Positions 56,971 to 64,000 of a stretch of 64,000 nt of DNA are shown here, one piece after another. The stretch lies in assembly GCA_043228905.1 (NCBI GenBank), contig JBHGNT010000014.1, forward strand, positions 2,046,001 to 2,110,000, written 5' to 3'. Source of the DNA: Azolla caroliniana (Eukaryota > Plantae > Polypodiophyta). Position 1 is the first letter of the stretch; every line of letters starts with the position of its first letter. A model generated the notes under the pieces. The model was given only the letters and a program-made list of their open reading frames with translations. It had not been told where the DNA came from and ran no database searches. The translations under genes were made by a program, and so were the position numbers.

Positions 56971-59900
56971 TGTTGGGAATCGACGCTTTCGAAACCTTCA
57001 CCTCACGGCCACAACCGAGGAAACACGAATCAATGCAGCAGTAAATCGAAAACACAGAGAGAGACTCGAATGCACAGGGTTTAGCGTGGAAATCCCTAGA
57101 CGGGAAAAACCACGGGAGTGCAAGACTCCAACTATCACTATACGCAGTGAATGTACAATGGCGAGCTGCAAGGCGACGACCTTGAGCTCGCTGTCCTCGC
57201 CACAGGTGGCGGTATTACACAGAGGCGTCGACCTCTTCCTTTCTTTCTCTCTCACTCTCTCTCTCGGCTGCTCTCACTTCGCTCCCTATAAGTGGAAAAC
57301 AGAAAAATGAGCAACAACAACAAAACTGTTTGCCCTAAGTCATATTTATACACATATGACTTTCGGGCTATTTACAAATATAGCCTCAAGGGCCCTTGGC
57401 AAACATATTCACAAATATGTCCCCGCATCCGGATCTCTCTCCGGGTACATTCATCATCCGGCTCCGTAGCCGGGGTCTTCATCATCCGGATCCGGAACCG
57501 GGTCTTCATCATCCGGCTCCGGAACCGGGTCTTCATCATCCGGATCCTCATTCCCGATTCCCGGACATCTGACCATCCCATCCGGAGGGACCGTAATCCC
57601 AACAAACTCCCCCTTCACTTCGGCATGGGATGTCTTTCCAGTCCAACCCTCTTCCGGCACGCTTCCAGCTTGTCGGGTGTGAGCACTTTGGTCAGCATAT
57701 CTGACCCGTTCTCGTCCGTGTGGATCTTCGTCAGCACGAACTCCTGGTCTTCTATCCTTTCCCGGATCCAGTGATATATTCGCTGGATGTGCTTCGTCCG
57801 GGAGTGATAGGCCGCGTTCTTCGCAAGGTGGATGGCACTCTGACTGTCGCAGTAGAGTCGGTACTCCTCCTGCCGGATACCGAGCTCTCTAATGAAGTCC
57901 TTCATCCATATTATTTCCTTGCTGGCTTCAACAGCCGCCATGTACTCCGCCTCCGTGGTTGACAACGCAACCGTCTTCTGCAGCCTCGACTGCCACGAAA
58001 CAGCTCCCCCTGCATACGTCATCACATACCCTGATGTGGACCGGCTGGTATCTGCGTCAGCCGACATATCCGAATCGGTAAAGCCGTCGAGTTCGGGCTT
58101 ACCGGAGCCGAATCGGAGGCACACGTTTGCCGTTCCCTTCAGGTATCGGAGTATCCACTTGGCCGCGTTCCAGTGCTCTTTGCCGGGATTGCTCATGTAC
58201 CGGCTCACCACTCCGACTGCATATCCTATGTCCGGTCTTGTACACACCATTGCGTACATCAAGCTTCCGACGGCAGAGGCATATGGTACTTTCATCATGT
58301 CCTCCTTCTCAGCCTTTGTCTTGGGGCTTTGCTTGCTGGACAACTTGCAGTTTGCCGGGAGGGTTGACCCGACCGGTCTTGCTTCCGACATGTTGAACCG
58401 GTGAAGCACCTTTGTCACGTACTTCTCCTGTGACAGCCACAACTGCTTCTTCTTCCGGTCCCGGATGATGTGCATCCCTAGTATTTGCCTCGCCGGACCC
58501 AGGTCCTTCATTGAGAAGGTTCGGTGAAGCGCTTTCTTCAGCATCCGTATCTTGACCTGGTCCCGTCCGACGATCAACATGTCGTCCACGTACAGGAGGA
58601 GTATTAGAAAGTTTCCTCCTTCGAACTTCTTCACAAACACGCAGTGATCGGACTGCGTTTTGTGGTACCCTTCGTCGGTCATGAAAGAGTCGAACTTCCG
58701 GTACCATTGCCGGGGAGCCTGCTTCAGTCCGTAAAGGCTCTTCTTCAACCGGCATACCAGGTGCTCCTTCCCTTTCTTCTCGAATCCTTCCGGTTGCTGC
58801 ATGTAGATCTCTTCTTCGAGGTCCCCGTGAAGGAATGCCGTCTTCACGTCCATCTGTTCTACCTCGAGGTCCATGCTTGCCGCTATGCTCAGCACCGTCC
58901 GGATGGAGGTCATCTTCACTACCGGGGCAAATATCTCGTCGAAGTCGACGCCCTTCTTCTGCTGGAACCCCTTCACCACGATCCTGGCTTTGTATCTCGG
59001 GGGGTTTCCGGCATCTCCCGGTTTCAGCTTGAACACCCACTTGTTTCGAAGTGCCCGCTTTCCTTTCGGCAACTCCACAAGTTCATATGTGTGGTTCTCA
59101 TGCAGGGAATCCATCTCCTCCTGCATGGCACTTAACCACCTGCGGCTATGGGTGTCAAGCTTTGCTTCTTCAAAACTCTCCGGCTCCCCCTCGTCGGTTA
59201 GCAGCACGTGCTCAGGTTCCGGAAATCTCCGGGGGGCCCTTCTCTCTCTTAGAGGATATCTCCGTTCCGGAGCTTCGGTAACCGGCTCCTCCGTTTCCTC
59301 TTCATCCGAATCCATTTCGGGATCGGGGCCGGTTCCGGTATCAGTTTCATCTTCCTCGGCCGGTTCTGTTTCTTCACCGTCTTCGGCCGGATCCTCGAGT
59401 GCTAACCGGTCCCTTGCCGGTCGGGACTGCTCCTCGTGGAGTTGATCCTCACCGGTCGACTTGGAGCTCTTCATCTTCTTCTCCGACTCCCAGTCGGCGA
59501 GTGTCTTGTCCTCCATGAAGATGATATCACGACTCCGGAATATCTTTTTGTCGACCGGGTCCCATACTCGGTAGCCGAACTCGTCATCGCCGTAACCGAG
59601 GAATATGCATGGCCGGGTCTTTGGATCTAGCTTTCCTCTCCGGTCCTTTGCCACATGCACATATGCGAGACACCCGAACACCTTCAGATGCCGGTAGGAT
59701 ACTTCCCTACCGGTCCACACTCTCTGCGGCGTGTCTCCGTCCAAAGGTACTGAGGGTGATCTGTTTATCACGTATGTCGCCGTCGACATTGCCTCAGCCC
59801 AAAACCCCTTGGGTAATTTCGCATGCGCCAGCATACTCCGGACCCTCTCCATTATGGTTCGGTTCATCCTCTCGGCCAGCCCGTTCAGTTCTGGTGTCTT

Positions 59901-62353
59901 CGGCACAGTAAACTCGAGCCGGATTCCCTTCGAGCGACAGTACTCCTCGAACTGCCCCCGGTATTCCCCTCCGTTATCCGCTCGTATCGCTTTCAGCTTC
60001 TTGCCGGATTCCCTTTCCACTCTCGCGTGGAGTTCTTTGAAGACGCACAACACTTGGTCCTTTGTCTTCAACGGTGCCGTCCACAGCTTCCGGCTGTGGT
60101 CATCAATGAATGTCACGAAGTACTGGGCTCCGCCATGTGACTTCGTTTCTACTTGACACACGTCAGTGTGCACCAACTCCAATGGTGCGCTACGTCTCGT
60201 CGGTGGCCTTGAGTGGAAGGAGGTTCGGTTCTGCTTACCGGCCAGGCAATCGGTGCACTTCTCCAGGTGCACATGCTTCACTGGAATAAGGTTGTCTTCT
60301 GCAAGCCTCTTCATCCCCTTCTCACTCATGTGGCACAGTCTCTTGTGCCACAGCTCACCGGCAGTGTCGGCTGCCACGTTCAACTCCTCCGGACACAACC
60401 AGGCACTCATAAGGTACAGTGTGTTGACTTTCCGGGCCCGAGCCACTATTAGGCTCCCCTTGCTGAACTTCATTACGCCGTTCCGGATGCTACCTGTGTA
60501 GCCTTCATCGTCTAGCCTCCCGGCCGAAATCAGGTTCAATCGAACCTCCGGAACGTGTCAGACATCCTTCAGCAGCATTTTGCATCCGGTCGAAGTTGTC
60601 AACCACACGTCTCCTATGCCGGCAATCCGGCACGTACCTTCATTTCCCATCCGAACACAGCCATGCTCACCGGCTGTGTAGGATGAGAAGTATCTTCTTT
60701 CCGGGGTCAGGTGGAACAACGCTCCGGAATCGACCACCCAGGTAGTCTCATCGCCGGCAATGTTTAGTTCACCTTCTTCGGTGATGAGCATGATCTCCTC
60801 TTCACTTGCCGCGAGTGCCGTCGTTCCTTTCCGGTCCTGCCCTCGCCGATCCGAACCATTCCGGTCCGTGGCTCCCCGGTAAGCACCGTTCCGTTCCGAA
60901 GACTTCTTCGAATCGGTGTCGTCGGCTCCGTTGTCTTTTCGGTAATGCCGACAATTCTTTCGGAAGTGCCCCGGCTTCCCACAGTGGAAGCATGTGGGCC
61001 TTCCTCTTGACTGCGACCGGGTCCCCGACTTCTCCCGTCTTTGCGGACTCCGGTTCCGTTGTCTTCCCCGATCCGATTCGGCAAGCAGCATCTTCGGATC
61101 GGAGGCCGGTTCTTTATCTCTCCGACGCGCTTCTTCGTTCAAAATGCTTGTCTTTACCGTTTGTAGGGACAAGTTATCTTCGGTGCAGGAGGTGCTGAGA
61201 GTCACCACCAAGTTCTCCCAGCTTTCCGGCAATGTACACATCAGTATGATGGCTTGCATTGCATCCTCCAACGGGAACTTGATCGCCGCAAGCTGGTTCA
61301 TGAATCCCATGAACGTGCTTACGTGTTCCACCATACTCTCGCCGTCCCGGTACTTGAGGTTCACTATCTTCCTCATCAGGGAGGTCCGGTTCAACGCATT
61401 CTTCCTCTCGTAGAGGCCCGACAGCTTCTGCCACATCTCATATGCGTTGGTGTCGTTCGCCACATGTTGTAGAACGCTCACGTCGACGTATTGTCGAATG
61501 GTTGCAACGGCTTTCCGGTTCAGAAGCCTCCATTCCGTCTCAAGTACCCCCTTGGGTATTTCCGACCTGTCGATCGGTTCATACAGGTCCCGAACAATGA
61601 GCAGATCCTCCATCTTTATCTTCCAGTCGGCGTAGTTCTGCACATTCAGCACTATCATCCCCGGCTGCCTGCTGCTGCCGCCTTCCATTTTCTGCACTGC
61701 AGTTGCTCTGATACCAGATTGTTGGGAATCGACGCTTTCGAAACCTTCACCTCACGGCCACAACCGAGGAAACACGAATCAATGCAGCAGTAAATCGAAA
61801 ACACAGAGAGAGACTCGAATGCACAGGGTTTAGCGTGGAAAACCCTAGACGGGAAAAACCACGGGAGTGCAAGACTCCAACTATCACTATACGCAGTGAA
61901 TGTACAATGGCGAGCTGCAAGGCGACGACCTTGAGCTCGCTGTCCTCGCCACAGGCGGCGGTATTACACAGAGGCGTCGACCTCTTCCTTTCTTTCTCTC
62001 TCACTCTCTCTCTCGGCTGCTCTCACTTCGCTCCCTCTAAGTGGAAAACAGAAAAATGAGCAACAACAACAAAACTGTTTGCCCTAAGTCATATTTATAC
62101 ACATATGACTTTCGGGCTATTTACAAATATAGCCTCAAGGGCCCTTGGCAAACATATTCACAAATATGTCCCCGCATCCGGATCTCTCTCCGGGTACATT
62201 CATCATCCGGCTCCGTAGCCGGGGTCTTCATCATCCGGATCCGGAATCGGGTCTTCATCATCCGGCTCCGGAACCGGGTCTTCATCATCCGGATCCTCAT
62301 TCCCGATTCCCGGACATCTGACCATCCCATCCGGAGGGACCGTAATCCCAACA
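56971..62353 (-). mobile_element. Young full-length Ty1/copia element (copy B3)
   Basis: TSD TATAA at 56966-56970 and 62354-62358. 634-bp LTRs 61720-62353 and 56971-57604, with about 4 differences by eye. PBS 61705-61716; PPT 57605-57617. Confidence 0.98.
57615..61688 (-). CDS. B3 gag-pol polyprotein, single in-frame TGA at 60558-60560
   Basis: ORFs 60558-61697 and 57615-60539 are in the same frame. Motifs CFHCGKPGHFRKNC, WVVDSGA, HHCC, DD35E, YVDD, RNase H. Confidence 0.93.
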
Positions 62354-62641
62354 TATAACCATGTTCATCTCCCTTGATCCATTTCCATACATCCCTTAAC
62401 ATGACTTCAATCTCAAAATCTCCCCATCCTTGAGCCTCTGGTCCATCCATAATAGAGTGGATGGATGTTGATTGCTCTATCTCACAACAAACATTAAAAT
62501 CTCCTATCAATAAACCCGGTCTGCCATTATCAAGCACTGAGTTTAGAGATCTCCATAACAACTTTCGTTCTTGTGAAACATTTGATGCATACACACCAAC
62601 TAACCAAAGAGCTTGCCCTTCATAACATATCTCTACCACAA

Positions 62642-64000
62642 TGTTAGGAAACAGGTCCCTCTGGATGGGAAGTGAGAAGAACCGTGTTGATGAGCAACTC
62701 GGAACCGGAAATCATGGAGATAGCCAACACGGAAGGCTAAGTTTGTAAATAGTCTAAACATGCCCCCGTGGGCTAAACTTGTAAACAGTTCAAAGGTTAC
62801 ATTTGTATATAAGTACTTAGGGCAATCATGTTAGAGATGTGCATGATTGTAAAGTTACAGTTGACAAGGTTGTTGCCTCTATAACTGTGAGAGTGAACGA
62901 GTGGGAGTGAAAGCGTGTGAGCTCCATAGCTGCCTGTTGGCGAAGCAGGATCTCGAGGTCGTTGCCTCTGAGATCTTTGATTGTATTCCTTTCTCTCTTA
63001 GTGTTCTGTTTCAGAGTTTGTGGACTCCAACGTGGTTTTTCCCAGTTCGGGTTTCCACGTTAAAATCTGTGTCATTCTTAGTTTTTATATTCTGTTTTTC
63101 CTTTCCATTAGATTGACTATTATTCCGCACATGTACAACCGGTTGTGGCCGGCTACGATCTTAACTTCAAACTTGTATCAGAGCAAGCAACACAGAAAAT
63201 GGAAGGAGGCGGGAGTAGCTTCCCAGGTATGATGGTTCTAAATTCACAGAACTATGCAGACCGGAAGATTAAGATGGAAGAACTTCTCATTGTAAAAGAC
63301 CTGTACAAGCCAATCAACAGATCGGAAATACCAAAGGGGGTATTGGAGTCGGATTGGAAGCTTCTGAATAGGAAAGCTGTGGCCACTATCCGACAGTGTG
63401 TCGACGTAAGTGTCCTTCAGCACGTGGCAAACGACACGAATGCCCACGAGATGTGGCAGAAGCTGTCGGATCTCTATGAGAGGAAGAATGCGCTCAACAG
63501 AACCTCATTGATGAGGAAAATAGTAAACCTAAAATACAGAGACGGCGAGAGCATGGTTGAACAAGTAAGCACATTCATAAGGTATGTAAATCAACTTGTA
63601 GCGATCAAGTTCCCCTTGGATGATGCAATGCAGGCAATCATGTTGATGTGTACGTTGTCGGAAAGCTGGGAGAACTTGGTGGTTACTCTCAACACCTCCT
63701 GCCAAGAAGAGAACTTGTCTTTGCGGACGGTGAAGACAAACATCCTGAACGAGGAGGCGCGTCGGAAGGACAAGGAACCGATCCTTGACTCAAAAGCGCT
63801 CCTTTCCGAATCGGAATGTGGAAGACAAAGGAACCGAAGTCCCCAAAACCGGGAAAAATCGGGGACATGGTCAAAGTCAAGAGGGAGGCCTACTTGCTTC
63901 TACTGTGGGAAGCCGGGGCACTTCCAGAAGAACTGTCGGCATTTTCGGAAAGACAAGGAAATCGACAGTACCGATTCGAAGAAGTCATTGGAACGAAATG
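62642..64000 (+). mobile_element. Ty1/copia element (copy B4): 5' LTR 62642-63169 and gag; truncated by the window end
   Basis: TGTTAGGAAACAGG start. PBS variant TTGTATCAGAGC at 63173-63184. Gag is open from ATG 63199 to the window end, with CFYCGKPGHFQKNC. Confidence 0.92.

Larger units (their letters stand above)
53600..62641 (-). mobile_element. L1-clade LINE ORF2 (APE endonuclease, RT, C-terminal zinc finger), degenerate and split by copia B3
   Basis: EN motifs VGVYA and LIGDFN at 62354-62641, continuing across TSD TATAA into SRLDR and SDHFP. RT motifs RPISL, QYGF, LDIEKAYD, RQGCPVSP. CFFC...H...C near 54050. Frameshifts. Confidence 0.88.

Noticed and set aside
57892-59445. Long antisense ORFs over copia pol (also in B1 and B2)
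   Set aside because: Shadow frames of a GC-rich coding strand, with no recognisable domains.
60558-60560. Programmed stop-codon readthrough between gag and pol
   Set aside because: The stop lies within the protease region and is CGA in sister copies, so it is ordinary CpG decay.

Overview
Eukaryotic, land-plant-type genomic DNA. A non-seed plant such as a fern is a weak guess, based on the Tcn1-like chromoviruses. About 80% of the window is nested retrotransposons. Ty1/copia: three full-length TSD-bounded elements of one pol family (831-6088 +, 20152-25139 -, 56971-62353 -), a fourth cut by the window end (62642-64000), a TSD-bounded deleted element of a second lineage (10005-13370), and several fragments and solo LTRs. 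Ty3/gypsy: three chromodomain-bearing elements on the minus strand. There are also two LINE remnants. Two intact-looking host genes sit in a gene island at 40-52 kb: a 13-exon GH1 beta-glucosidase (BGLU42/Os1BGlu4-like, 504 aa, one GC-AG intron) and a 3-exon stand-alone PP2/Nictaba-type lectin (194 aa). Best leads: (i) a chromovirus LTR combining clustered heat-shock elements, an antisense tRNA-like A/B-box cassette and 43-bp self-repeated termini; (ii) modular swapping of gag and LTR segments among copia copies that share one pol; (iii) a ~200-codon charged extension of copia Pol after RNase H; (iv) TATA-flanking hairpins whose stems co-vary across LTR variants; (v) gypsy elements that keep perfect TSDs although almost the whole 5' LTR is lost. 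Coordinates were counted by hand and no database searches were run.
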